This document shows positions 1 through 13,735 of a stretch of DNA of 64,000 nt, piece after piece. Numbering within the stretch: position 1 is the first letter of the stretch; every line of letters starts with the position of its first letter. A program made the translations under genes and the position numbers. The stretch spans positions 6,758,001 through 6,822,000 of the forward strand of contig JAQFVV010000005.1 of NCBI GenBank assembly GCA_028023455.1, read 5' to 3'. Below the pieces are notes generated by a model. That model had not been told where the DNA came from. It saw only the letters and a list, made by a program, of their open reading frames with translations, and made no database searches. The DNA comes from Epiperipatus broadwayi (Eukaryota > Animalia > Onychophora).

Positions 1-416
1 CCTAATTTCGTAAATATTTACAACTAGTTTCATGCTTTTTATTACACTAATTTTTAAATTCATATTGTGGATTGTTAAATGACCACTTTTATTATAGAAT
101 TATATTAATTACATGATGTAAATGATTTATCAGTTTTCAAAAAACAAAACTGTTATTAGATTATTATTAGGAAACTAAGTGCAAATAAATGTAATGTTCT
201 ATTTTGTTATAGTTACAACAAACATTATTTCAGCCATCACAACAGTTTGGCTGATTTACATTGCAGCAGATAAATGAGTTTTCTACAAAATTGAAGATAT
301 TCTAATCATTCAAATTTTTTATTGGTTGAGAATGAAAATAGTTTCATGTTGTTTTCAACCCTAATCCTAAATTTAACAGCTTTATCAGATTGTGAAATTA
401 AATTATGCATTATTAG

Positions 417-1556
417 TCATGTGAGTTGTATAAGAAACTCAAGAGTATCACTATCAGTGAAATGATTAGCTTCATGACCTTTCAAAACACTTTTATCTGA
501 AACCTGGTATTCACATATATGACATTTAAGCACTTCAATACTTTGATCATTTCTCAGTGCACATTTTAGTTTCCGTTTATTTTGACACAAGTTCAAAGGA
601 GCGTTCATATGATTAGATTGTTTATATAGTCTATTTAGAAAACCTTCTTCATAATCACATTCTCCAATATGTCTTCTTTCATGATTTTTTAAATGACTTT
701 TTCGAGCAGCTGTGTAATTACATAAGTTGCAGTGGAATGGCTTTATCTCCAAATGAATTCTTAGGTGCAATTTTAGTACATATTTGCTGCCAACTTTATA
801 ATCACACAAGGTACACTGATAAGGTTTTTCTCCTGTATGTACATTTTCATGTTTTTTTAAATCACTTTTTACAGCTGTTTTGTAATCACATAATCTACAA
901 TGGAAAGGTTTCATTCCTAAATGTAATCTTCTTTCATGAGTTTTTAAACTACTTTTTAATGCAGCCTTGTAATCACACAATTTACAATGAAATGGCCTTT
1001 CCCCGGTATGTATGCGTTCATGACTAATCAATTTATTTTTCAGGGCAGTTCTATAACTACATAAACTGCAATGGTATGGTTTTTCACCTCTATGTAATTT
1101 TTCATGAAATCTTAAACTGCTTATGTAAGCAGTCTTGAAATCACACATGAAGCAATGAAGAAATTTTCCTTTTTCATGTATTTTTTCATGCAATTTTAAC
1201 CTAGACTTTACAGGTGATTGATAATTACATAAGCTGCAATGATACGGATATTCTCCTGAATGTGATATTTCATGTACTTTTAAACAGTTTTTGTGAGCAG
1301 TTTTGTAATTACAGAAGTGGCAATGAAAAGGTTTTTCCCCTGAATGTAGTTTGATGTGTTTACTTAAGTTACCTTTATCACTAGTTTTGTAATCACATAA
1401 TTTGCAGCTGAATAATTTACCTTCTGCATATGAAGAGTCATAAGTTTTTAAATGCCTTTTCGCAGCAGTCCTATATTCATCTGAGCTGCAAAAAAATGAC
1501 TTGTCTCCTGTATGCATTCGTTCACTGACTTTTAAATTATTTTTATCAGTGTCCAT
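417..1556 (-). CDS. Tandem C2H2 zinc-finger protein (9 intact array fingers + 1 isolated C-terminal finger)
   Basis: ORF with repeated C-x2-C-x12-H-x3-H and TGEKPF-type linkers; ends ...HEANHFTDSDTLEFLIQLT*. The true start and any upstream exons are not determinable. Confidence 0.85.
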   Translation of the reverse strand: MDTDKNNLKVSERMHTGDKSFFCSSDEYRTAAKRHLKTYDSSYAEGKLFSCKLCDYKTSDKGNLSKHIKLHSGEKPFHCHFCNYKTAHKNCLKVHEISHSGEYPYHCSLCNYQSPVKSRLKLHEKIHEKGKFLHCFMCDFKTAYISSLRFHEKLHRGEKPYHCSLCSYRTALKNKLISHERIHTGERPFHCKLCDYKAALKSSLKTHERRLHLGMKPFHCRLCDYKTAVKSDLKKHENVHTGEKPYQCTLCDYKVGSKYVLKLHLRIHLEIKPFHCNLCNYTAARKSHLKNHERRHIGECDYEEGFLNRLYKQSNHMNAPLNLCQNKRKLKCALRNDQSIEVLKCHICEYQVSDKSVLKGHEANHFTDSDTLEFLIQLT

Positions 1557-1895
1557 GTAAGAAATAAAGTTGCAATAAAAACATTTTCTTCTTTATGTGT
1601 ATGATCAAAACCTTTTGGTTTATTCTTAGTAGCAGTACTATAATAAATCACATAAATTGTCATGAAAAAGTATTTGATGTGAATGATTTCTTTCATATAT
1701 TTTACTATTATATTTTACATCTGTTCTGTAATCACATAAGCAGCACTGGAATGGTTTATCTACTGCATGAACTATTTTAGGCAATTTAAAATCATGGGAT
1801 TGAAAAGCATTGCAATGGCACTTGGACAATTTTTCTTCTGAATAAACAGTTTTATCCATTTTTAAATAATTTGATTTCTTCTGAATTGTAGCCAA
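1557..1895 (-). pseudogene. Decayed zinc fingers 5' of the ZF ORF (stops/frameshifts)
   Basis: Translations KPFQCCLCDYRTDVKYNSKIYERNH and KCFYCNFISYMDTDKNNLKVSERMHTGDK lie on the same strand and lead into the ORF, but are separated by stops and frame changes. Confidence 0.6.
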
Positions 1896-3969
1896 ATTTT
1901 ATGAACAGCATTCTCTCAAAAACCTAACATGGATGATTATTTTTATAATCTAAAACCTTTTGTCTTTTTCAACTGAAATGAAAAAAAAAAAATCAGTTTG
2001 AAACATTATTATGTTTGTTTAAATAATGTTTCATTATTACTATTAATTTCAATGTGTGTCTTTAGTCTTTATAGCAGTATTCTTTATATAATATAAATCT
2101 AATACTTTTAAATATATATTTGAAAGATATTTTTCTCATTTCTTTTCTGAAAATTGTAACTGGAAAATATTTTAATATATCTATTGAATGTTTCAAAAAA
2201 AAATTTATTATTGGTTAAAATGAAATAAATTTCATAATAATGATAATAAACAAATGAAAGATAAAAAAAAATTTAAAGTTGTTGATGAGTTACTTAAAAT
2301 GAGATTTGTGTATTTTTTAGCTATTAAAATATATATATTCTTTAAAATGAAAATTGATTTGTAATTCATTGTGATCTTGTACTTAATGAAAATATTCAAT
2401 ATATATTTCAAAACTTTGACTCCATTATTTTTGTAAACTTGCAACTTATACAACTTTGCTTATTGTTAAAATTAATTACTTTTAACAATATAATCAATTC
2501 AAATTAAATCAAATTTCAATATTTTATACTACCAACTTTTTAAAATAATATTGATATATTTTTACTGCACGATATTACAATTTCAAATAACCAATCACAT
2601 TATTAATTTCAATTTTCTATTTTAGAAATTCATTTTTTCCGTATTCATCAATGATACCCTTTCTTTCTGTTAATTTTTAATTAGAAAAAAAAATCCAAAT
2701 TATTTTACAATTCAATAAATTTTTTTATATATCAATATTTTGTCTTCAAAATAAATCACCATGAGTCAAACTGAATGCTTCATTTCTTCCATATAATGGA
2801 GACAATATAATTTGTAGTGATTATATAAAGATATGTTGTCCATCATACATGAATGCAATAATATGTAATGAGTCATTGAAGATACATTTGTCCTCTATGG
2901 CTTTTTTGTGCTCCAATTTATGTCACAAAGATAATCACACAACATTTTATATCTGAGGTTTTTAAATATGATGTAATTGCCATCCTGAAAAAAAAAAAAT
3001 CAATATATAAAACATTGCTAAAAATGTTGTAAAAAAATACATTGGAAAAAAATGCTTTTTAAAAATTTGTTTTATAATATAAAATAATACAGATGCAGTA
3101 TTAAATTATATGGGATAGCTTCAGAAATGATTCAAAAATAAATTCTGAAATTTTACATTACAATATAAAATATAACTAAACAAATTCTCAAAAAATGCAT
3201 TAAAATATCTAAAAATTATCTTTCTAAGAATATTTAAAATAATATTTACATATAGATTATTGAGTAAATAGTTTACTTATTACACAATTGCAAATTCATC
3301 TCTAAAACTAATTCTAATTTTATTTTTCAAATTATAGTGAGTTCTACTTCTAATGAAAACCAGTCATAACATCTGATATTTTTTAAAAAAAAAGGAATTA
3401 AATCCAATCATAAAATACAGAATCACACGTTAATATTAAATCAAAATAATCAATGTTAAAAACATTTTTTTCTCATTTTAAATAAATATTTAAAACAACA
3501 TTCAATTGTTTTAAATATTACCATGCTTATAACAAATATTAATTTTGATTTTCATAATAATTCAGTGATTCATTTTTTTCATTACAACTTTCTTTAATAT
3601 CTAAAAGTTAAACAGACATGTTATTTTTAACTTTTTTTTTAGAAATTCAGGGAGATCTTTTCCATATCTTAATGCAGTAGCATAATTAAATGTTTCATTT
3701 ACAACTTTTAGAAAAACATTCTTTGTGATATTTTATTAAATTGTATTATACATTTTCTTATATTTTTATAACAAAATTTGATAGTTTCTATTTTCATATC
3801 GTTAAATGATTGCACTCATAAATTAATAATTAAATATTAGTTTTTAAATGCTAAGAAAATAGTTTTATAGTTATTTTTTAGGTAATTGTCTTAAAATTTA
3901 TGTTTTAAAAAATTAATAATGCAATTATAATAAAAAAAATGAGTTTGTTAATTTATATATGTTTCATGT

Positions 3970-4189
3970 CATTTAAGCTATTGTGCGCTTTTTCACGAGT
4001 GTTAAATAATAAATGAGTACTTCCACACTTTCACTTACAGTACTTAAGATTTGCCCATATAGAAGCATTTGGGTTGGATTGAATAAGTGGATTCATTTTA
4101 TTCTTTCCTAAATACTATATCTTGTGTTGTAAGTGGAAGTACTCATTTATTATTTAACACTCGTGAAAAAGCGCACAATAGCTTAAATG
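3970..4189. mobile_element. MITE-like element with perfect 57-bp inverted repeats
   Basis: 3970-4026 (catttaagctattgtgcgc...acttccac) is the exact reverse complement of 4133-4189; ~106-bp AT-rich spacer; no clear TSD. Confidence 0.7.
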
Positions 4190-4578
4190 GCTGATTAAAT
4201 TTATTACAATTAGAAACAGTGCTAAAAATAAATGTTTATGTTTCATGCCTAAAATTGTAATTGATACTTAGTAATATCCATTACAAAAATTGTTATTTAA
4301 ATAAATGCAGAGGTTTAATATTACGTTTTCATCTTTAAAGAAAAATAAAAACATATTGTATTTAATTTGACTATTATTTTTTACTTTAATGAAATAAAAT
4401 TTTGAAATTCACCTATTTACTATATTGTATTTGTAAGTTTGTTCTGCACTATAAAATTCAACTATATACAATGAACAAATGAGGCACAAGATGAAAAGAT
4501 AATTACGAATTTAAACCTAACAAAATAAATGCAAGGAATTTACATACACAGCATATCTCCTTTAAAGGTAACTTTTTC

Positions 4579-4905
4579 ACAGGCAAAACTCTCCGCACAG
4601 TAGTGCCACTCAGTGCAAGCCAGAGTAATCAATGGATGCATCGATTGACTACTCTGACTTGTACTGAGTGACACTATTGTATAGAGTTTTGCATCTGTGA
4701 AAAACAGCTTGTGTAAGCATAAAGTGTGGTGATTGTGTGATGTAAAAGGGTAACTGGTGATTGAATCTCTAACAGCTTGTGTAAGCATAAGAATGGTGAT
4801 CATTGATGTAAAAGGGTATAACTGGTGATTGAATCTCTAATAGCATGTGTAAGCATAAAAAATGGTGATCGTGTGATGTAAAAGGGTAACTGGTGATTGT
4901 GTCTC
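4579..4905. repeat. Fragment of the ~450-bp hammerhead family folded back on itself, plus 3 x 68-bp tandem repeats
   Basis: 4579-4635 acaggcaaaactctcc...gtaatcaat is mirrored imperfectly at 4640-4698; units starting aacagcttgtgtaagcat begin at 4703, 4771 and 4839. Confidence 0.7.
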
Positions 4906-7252
4906 TCTTCAAGCTGGCTGCAGCATTATTTCTAAATCAACATATGTTATGTAACAATATAGTTCAGCTATCGCAAGTTATGACAGGAAATGTGAATATA
5001 ATTTGTTTTAAATTATACAAAATGAAATTTTGGAAATGATTCAAAGTATGCATGGCAATTAAACCATGAATCATAAGAGATGTTTGCAAGTAGTTTCAAA
5101 GAATTCACAGTGACAGAGAAAGCAGTGAAGATAATCCACAAAGGTACAAACATACTTTCCTATTCCACATTATAATTTAAGATCAGATATTCTAAAGATA
5201 TAAAAAAAAGTTTAATGAATAACTAACAATTTCACTAAATAATACATATATTGATTTAGTGATAGCATTGTAGGCAGCTTGAAAAAAGAATTGACCACCT
5301 TTTCACAAGAAGAAACTGCGTATAAAAAAGTAAAATGATTAAGGCAATAACAAAAGCAGATGAATTTACCATTGATGATAAAATAGAAAGCCAATGGATC
5401 TTCAATTATAATAGTCGTCAATCAAAAGGAACATATTAAAAAAATTGGAAAATTGAAGATGACGGGGAAAAATAAGATTTTAAACTGTATTCCAAACCGA
5501 ATAACAGATAGGATTTTAATATAATCAAATGTTAAAATTAAAAACTTATGGAAAACTATGTATGAAAAATTTAAAAACAATAATGGAAGACAATAGAAAA
5601 TAACTCATTTAAGAGAAATATTTATAGGGTCACAGATGCACACAATCTAATCATGATGGATGTGAATAAATATTTATGAAGATTGTAAATAGTCATCTTA
5701 ATTAAAAGTTTTATTTGTATAAAAGTACAACTTAGGTAAGATACAAATTATTTTTAGAGATAATCATATATCAGCATGCATGTTTATAAAATATAAAAAG
5801 ACTTCTATTGTGAGTAGTTTTCTCTTTAACTAAAAACATATAACTATTTATTAGTGGTTTCTTATTTACATTAAAATATCTTTAAAAATTAAGTATTTAA
5901 AATTGTTTAAAATATGAGACAAAAAATTCTAAGATGTTTTATATTGGATAATAAATTATTTCTGCAGAAAAATGCAGAATATAAATTCCAAACTTAATTT
6001 AGAGAAAAGATTTTGTGCCTTTCCTAAATTCTGAGTTCATAAAAGTTTTATACTGTCTATCATAGATATTTTTATAACCTCAGATCACTTAATATTCATA
6101 ATTAAGGTACACTTTATAAAGTTTAGTTATATCAATCAGAAATTGTTTGCTCAAACTGATTTATAATCAAAGTTACTTTAAATGAAATAGCAAACTAGCA
6201 GTTATCTTTGAATGTATGGTTTCAAAAGCTGCTCAATTGATATCACATAAACTTTTGTGCAAGTGATATAATGAATATTATATAATGTAGTTTGCACATT
6301 CAGTTATGAATTCTTTTTTTTTTGTCATAAGAATATAAACTGACATTTTCTAATGAGGGTGAAGAAAATGTTTTTCAAATTAGGTGACTGTCTGTGTTTT
6401 CTCAATCCTTTTACAATTTTCCATAAAATCTGCGAAGAAATGGACTTATTCTTTAAAAATCCTTTCAAGACTAATTTGACATAATTTTCTATATTGAGAG
6501 TTCCACTGAAAAACATCAAAGAATTTATAGTAATCTCCTTTATGTATTTCTTTCACCAATTTGATCTTAATTATTTCAGATATAATTCCATTTGCTATTC
6601 AAATTCACTTTAACCTTGAAATTTCTTTTAATACTATAAATCTAGTAGAATGCCAGTGTTTTTCCATATTGTTGTTAATTTTAGGACTATTGCTACAGTA
6701 TTCATTCTTAACCTTTTTCCTGGAAATTCAAAAGATGTCTAAAAACTTTTAAAATGATAAATTAAACTTCAAATCAATTTGGCAATAATTCATTATCTAT
6801 ATTATAGGCATGTTTTCTTTTTTCAGTTTTAATGAAGTAATTCACTATTTGCTAGACAATTTACTATTGTTTTTATTACTAAAACTCAAATTGTCAATCT
6901 CCAAGTGATCATAAATGTAATCCATTTGATTTCTTGAATTCCATTTATTTTTGAACTGAGTGCATGTTAACTTCATAAAAAACTTTCTACTCATTTTTCT
7001 TTATTTCTGATTTCTAATTCATACTGTCCTATAAACATTGTTTTCCCTTCCAATTATGGCATTACAATCTCTTCTCACTAAATGTTTTATCACTAAACAT
7101 CACATAATCACCATCTCTTATGCTAGCACATAACTGTTATTAAACCGGCAAAACTCTCCATACAGTATTGCCACCCTGTGCCAACCAGAATATTCAATGG
7201 ATGCCAGAAGGCTTGTTCATAAAATCCCCATCTAGTGCCTACGTATCCCTTA

Positions 7253-7294
7253 TCCCCAGACTAGTTTCTGGCTTGTGGCCTTTGTCAGTGAGGA
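7253..7294 (-). ncRNA. Type I hammerhead ribozyme motif (core variant CUGACAA)
   Basis: Minus strand reads TCCTCA CTGACAA A-GGC-CACAA-GCC-A GAAA CTAG TC TGGGGA; stem I 6 bp; stem III palindrome ACTAGT. Confidence 0.65.
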
Positions 7295-7822
7295 GCCTTG
7301 GATCTGAGAGCACTGCACCTAGATCTTAAGATCTAACACAACCCATCAGCAGCCACCTTTTACCTCTACTTAACTACAAAACTATGAGAATTGAAAACAT
7401 AATATTTTCAATCTAAGATCTATAGCTTATATAGACATATGGCTCTGAACTCAGTTTAGCACCCATACATTTTGGGGTCTTTGGCTCTTTAACAACCATA
7501 GCCACCACTATCCTATTAAGCACAGGATGGCACTACTGTATGGAGAGTTTTGCTTGTTTAATAACAGTTATATAGTGGTTTAACACCAATCCTGCCTAAT
7601 AGGATAGTGGTGGCTATGGTCGTTAAAGAGCCAAAAACACCAAAATGTATGGGTGCTGAACTGAGTTCAGACTCATATGACTATATAAGCTATTGAGCTT
7701 AGATTGAAAATATTATTATGTTTTCATTCTCATAGTTTTGTAGTTAAGTAGAGATAAAAGGTGGCTGCTGAAGGGTAGCATTATATCCTAAGATCTAGGT
7801 GCAGTGCTCTCAGATCCAAGGC

Positions 7823-7864
7823 TCATCACTGACGACGGCCCCAAACCAGAAACTAGTCTGGGGA
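7823..7864 (+). ncRNA. Type I hammerhead ribozyme motif
   Basis: TCATCA CTGACGA CGGCCCCAAACCA GAAA CTAG TC TGGGGA; core intact, stem II weakened. Confidence 0.65.
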
Positions 7865-8231
7865 TATTGGATGAGTAGGCACTAGATGGGGATTTTATGC
7901 ACAAGCTTTCTGGCATTCATTGATTACTCTGGTTGGCACAGGGTGGCACTACTGTATGGAGAATTTTGCCTGTTTAATAAATGTTTACCAAATTTCAATC
8001 TCAGTTAAAATATACATTGAATGGCTTTTGATTTGAATGACCCAACTTTCAGCATTATAAAACTTTTTTCATTGCTAATCATAATCATTTCCAAAATAAT
8101 AAGAATAGTTAATCATTTTTCTTCCACAAAGTTTGAAATACTTTTACTATTTACAAGAATTCTACTATAAATTATTTCCTTCTTTCCTGAGCTAATGTAA
8201 TAAATGGCTGTTAATTAAAACATACACAGAA

Positions 8232-8368
8232 AACATAGTTTTTTAAAAAATAGCCAGCTTTATTATTGCCTAGCATGCTTTCGATAAAATGAATATGATA
8301 TACATGTTGTATCAAAAAAATGCCAGGCAGTAATAAGGCTGAATATTTTTTAAAACTATTTTTTCTGT
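8232..8368. repeat. Imperfect inverted repeat (old MITE-like)
   Basis: aaacatagttttttaaaaaatagccagctttattattgcctagcat is approximately mirrored by atgccaggcagtaataaggctgaatattttttaaaactatttt. Confidence 0.35.
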
Positions 8369-11300
8369 ATAGGATTTCATTAGCAGTTGTTTATTATATT
8401 AATAAGAATATTATGAATTGTCATTCTAGATAGATAGCAATTAGAAAACATCTTTTTCAACTCAATTTAGTAAAATATTTAGTTTCTGATGTTTAAGTAC
8501 AGACAGTATATTTAATAAAAAGCTCTTTGCTATGTCAATCCTCCTCAAATAATAGCAGTCATTCCTAAAAAAAGAATTCCAAACAGAAACATATATTAAA
8601 TTTCAAAAAGAGCACACAAAGCATGGAAAATTAAGAGTAGATGTTTAATAAAATGTGTTAAAGTTAACTTCCAATAATGATAATAATCTATATATATGCA
8701 AGGAAAGAAATATATAACAAAATAAATACAAATGAAATAACAATATTAAGATGGTGCATAGATGTACAAAAATCATAATCAAGACCAAGGTAGTCTTTAA
8801 ATGTCCTTAGATCCCACTTGCAACTTTCAGCTGGAAAGCCAATAGTTATGGAGACCTATGGGAATCCATCTGTGGGATACTTCAGGCTCACTATGGTGGC
8901 TTCTTGTGTCTCTGTCATCTTTATTTTCTCTGTTGCTGGATCATGATTGGATTTCTTATTTCTCTGGAATCTTCTAGAAATGTTTTAATTAACTATTTTT
9001 AGGAGTAACTACTTAATCCTATTGTTAGGGACAAATGGGTTTTTACATTTGCTTTTATCTAACAATCTTAAATGTGCCCTCCTTGTATTCTTAGTTCACT
9101 GTTGCAATTATTAATCCATTTAGATTTTCCACCTGATTCTTTAATTATATCCATTAAATGTTTGCTTCATAGATTGTATGTGTATACATCCAACACACAT
9201 TGAACCATATAAAGCATACATGCACACAAATTGTATATTTGTAATTTTTTGGTTTTTTTCAGTATAAGGTGAAATAGAGAAACAAAAATCTATTTAATGA
9301 TAAATAAATATATCTGCTATAGAGCAATAATGAAATCAGATTAAACTCATCACTTTCAGCAATTCAAAATTTGCAGTTTAAAGCCTAGATAATAAATTCA
9401 CACTTTAATAAATGAAAAATCCATAAAATGCAATTTTTTAGACTTAGCTTATTTAATAAAAAAGTTTGGGGGAAAAAACCATGAATGCCTATAACTAAAG
9501 TTGGGTACCTACATTCCACTTTAGATTAAGTGATTTTTTAAACAGTATGACCACATTATAACAGGTTTGTTTCGAACTTTTAGTACTATTTGTCTTTTCA
9601 ATTTTTAATTTGGTTTTGAACAAAGATAAGGGGATAGGGATGGCATGATGAAGTATGATCAAGTCTTTCTTATTGACTTACGAATTACTTTATAAATTAT
9701 ATGTCCAATTTCAAACCCCTAAAAATTATTTGTAATTGACAGATTTGTTTGGAACTTTTACTAGTATTATTTGACTTTGAAATTTTTAAATTTCTTTTTT
9801 TAAAAAAAAAAAAAAAAAATAGTCAATTGTGACGCATTGTCAACTGCTTTAATGAAAACAATACTAAAGGGCCAAAATAAAGATCAGATACAAATTTTCT
9901 TATTTTTCATATAAGAAATATCTTTTTTTATTCAATACAAATTACAAAAAAAAGATAATCAAAATAAAAATGAGATGGTTTTGTAACAATAAATAAAAAT
10001 AAGGTTTAAGCCATGAAAATTATTTACTTTGATTACAGCTGCTGATAAACTGAATGCATGTCTCAAAAAAAGAAAGGCTAGAAAGAGAGTTGATTCATGA
10101 GTTTTGCAGAGATATTTCTCAGCATAAGTGATCCAGTTGGGATTGCAAAACAGTTAAGGTAATGTACCTCTCATCTTGAGAATCGCATTTGACATAAAGT
10201 GGTTAGTCTTTATCAAGAAGATAGCTGTGAACTAAAAACTCCAATCCATTTTCTTCAGTCGCAATTACTTCTTCATAAAAACATTATACAAATCAACAAA
10301 AAAAAAATTAATAAAACAGTTTGGGTACTAATTTAGTCAGTTATCTACATTCCATTTTCTCTTTAATTTACTCTTTAAATGCTGCTTTGTCTTTAAAGAA
10401 TACAGAGATGACTAAACAATCAACTGAAAATTCTTTGGATTAGGATATTTATCATAATTTATAAATTCAAAGTGGAATCTATAACTTCTTACTTTTCATT
10501 GACAGATCTCTTTTGTGTGTGTGTGTGTGTAGACTTTTAGTATTACTTTTCTTTTCACTTTCTTCTTTGGTTTTGAGAAAATGGGAGAAAGGAGTAAAAA
10601 ATATGGTCAATTAGAAATTTTCAAAGTTTCTTTGAAATTTTTCGTTGCAATATTACCTAGTATTGACTTACAAAATTAATTGATGTAGAATTTCAAAATA
10701 TCTCTTTTGATTTGTAATTGAGAGATGTGTCTTGGAATTTTTCTTATTATTATTTGTCTTTAAGAAAATTTTTAATTTCTTCTTTGTTATTGACTTTTTT
10801 AAAGAGGACAGGGAGAGAGGAAAGGGGAGAATGATGGTGACTGGCTGTCGACTTTGATGAAAATAATAATTATCAGATACATTCAATATAAAGTACAAAT
10901 CAAATTAAACAATTCAAATAAAAATGAATAACAAATTAACAAAAAAAAAAAGCTTACAATAAAAACTTATTTCTTTGGATTGTCGACATCCACTTGATAG
11001 TTGTTTGCTTTTTGCTTCACAAAAATCCAAATGATAAAAGGCATCATCGTTTTTGTTTTGAACTGAATAATTTATTAGCAGCATGCATGAACAATGCTCA
11101 TTCTAAACTCACCTTTACTTTTCTTTTCTCCATAATATGACTGGAGGTCATCTCTAAATGAAGAATGTATTTTTCTTAATTAAAAACTAAAAACTAATAA
11201 TACAATTTAAACCAATACCTCCAGACTAATGTTTTCAATTGTTTTTAAAATAAAAGCATTTTAAACAAAATTAATGTGGAACATAAAGTTTATTTTTAAA

Positions 11301-13735
11301 TTAATTTCTAACACGTTAAAAAAAAAAAAAATTTCTTGAAATGCACGGGGAGCAGGGGTTGCTTTTTATCTTTTTTTTAACACTTTAAGAATCTAGATTT
11401 TAGCTACATATTGAAAGTTGTAGTAATATTATCATAATAAATCACAAATCAAGACTGCATTACTCTATCCCACCCTCCTCCCTCACTTAAAAGTTTCTAA
11501 AAACAAAAAAAGGATCAAAATTCAAAACTGATTTGTCAATTACAAATAAGAAAATATTCTTTGAAATTTATCTACATAAAATAATTACAAGAAATCAACT
11601 GTAAAAAAATATCATGTTTTTTTTTTTACTCTGTCTCTCCTACAACTCCCTCTTTCCTTTTCTCAAAACCCAATAAAAAAATTGAAAAGAGAAATAAAAG
11701 TTCAGCAAAAAAAGAGCTGAAAACCTGTCAATGAAAATGAATACTAAAAGTTTTAGATTACACATTGAATTTATAAATTACATCTTAGTAATACTACTAT
11801 GATGAATCATCATTTTTCCAAAGAAATCTTCAAATGATGGATTAGTCATCCCAGTATTTTTTCATGATGTCAAGGCAGTGTTTAAAGAATAAATTAAAGA
11901 AAAAATGGATGAAGATAGCCAATTAGATCAGTAACCACTAGTTCTATATCAAAAAATTATTTTAACGATATACATGAAAAAGATAAAGTTTATTTTTAGA
12001 TAAATTTCTAAACAGTAAAAAAGTATTTTATTGTATTGCATGCATAAATATTTCATTTTTATATTTTATATATTTTACGAATGTAAAGTATGCGGATTCT
12101 TAAATTTAACAATTAGTATCAATAAGCATAATATGAAATGTAAGTACCAGACTTTATCGGTACCTATGCATTCGGTATATAATTGCAATTGTTTAAATTT
12201 AAAAATCTTACTGGAAGCAGATATGTACGAGGCCAGATTTTAATCTAAGCAGCTGTATACTCATTATTTTTAGAAAATTAATAACTTAACGAGTTTATTA
12301 CTTAGAATATATATACAGTACATGAATTAGTAATAGGTTAGTATGTTTAACTAAAGACTTGCTGTTGAACTCTATAATATAATGTCTTAATTTCGTATGA
12401 AATAGTTTAAGTTATAGAGTCTGACCCTAATGTTAAAATTTGTTTAAAGTTCATTTCAATCTATTAACTTTCTGTTAGTTTTCCACTAGGGTTTCCATCA
12501 TTTACTATTCACCGACACAAGTATAACAAGCACCACACTGCTCATTCAACCATCTTTGACTCAGTCTAACTGACTTTCATTGCATCTTTCTTTCTCTCTT
12601 TTCTTTTCTCCCTTTTTAATGTTCTGCAGACATTTGTAATAACTATGCTAATTTACATTAATATTTCAATATTGTCCTTATGCAAAGTAGGATATCCAGA
12701 TTAACTTGCACTTTGCATAATTTTATTTATTCTGCATTTGACTATTTCTCGAAAGATTACAATATCTTTTGTATTACAGTTATTATTAATACTGACACAT
12801 ATATAACTTTATTTCACAAAACAATAAATACACTGCAGAAGCAATAATAAATAAAAAAACACAATCTTACTTCAACTGCAGCGAAAAGTATTTTATTTTT
12901 TTTATTTTTTTTTAACAATTATGCTCGGGTACGCTCAAAAACATGGCAGCGTTTTAATATTTTCTTTAATAGATTGTGACCTCTCGCGGGCAAAACTTTA
13001 AATATTATTCAGAGATTGTCTGAAACATAAAGCGTACGGAGTATCCCAAAATATAATTAATTTCTAGAATTGAATCTAATTATTATAAGAGTTTAAACAC
13101 AATGTTATGTAGCAATAATAAATTATAGAACCACAATCATAGAACTTTTTTTTTAAATATAAGATTTCACTTTTGAAATTATATAAAAATAAGATAAAGA
13201 TTTAAAAGAATAGTAAAGTACGTAAATTTTTATCTATGAAGATGATTAAAAAAATTGGTAAAGTAATACTATGCGTATTTTTTCCGATAAATGAAATCCT
13301 ATAAATGTATACATATAAGAAAATTATACTATAAACATAAATAAATGCATGAATTATGTATGTGTAATCAGACATTAGACTGTAAAATAAACTGATATAA
13401 AAGAATGCTAAATAAACTAATAGACACAGGTATATAATAAGCCTGTCTTTCAGTCATTACTTAGTAGAGATGTCTGCCCATCCCTTGTATATGTATTAAA
13501 TGGATTATGTCCTGTACATGAGGGGTCAGATTGACCTTAGGTCAACATGGGCGTGACAACAATCTCGGCCTCAGGGTGACCTTTGAGCATTTCATCATCA
13601 GATTTTCAATTGGATGGACGGTTGAAGAGTTGGAGTGAGGAGTAGATTGAAGCCTGTCCATTAAAGTATGCAGATTGGCTATCTTAATATATATCTGAGC
13701 ACTTATAGGATATATGTGTAGAGATGGTAATTTGG

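Larger units (their letters stand above)
7091..7980. mobile_element. ~450-bp hammerhead-bearing non-coding element, two diverging copies
   Basis: 7091-7525 and 7529-7980 are inverted copies of the same unit; homologous to 36383-37408 and 49382-49812. Confidence 0.8.

Noticed and set aside
7138-7566. TTAA-flanked MITE (piggyBac-like) reading of the 450-bp family
   Set aside because: Homology continues beyond the apparent TIRs, arm lengths vary by locus, head-to-tail dimers exist and the unit contains a hammerhead.
13527-13601. C/D-box snoRNA-like or hammerhead-like motif on the minus strand (TGATGA...CTGA...CTGA)
   Set aside because: No terminal stem, no recognisable guide target and no stem II; such short motifs are expected by chance.
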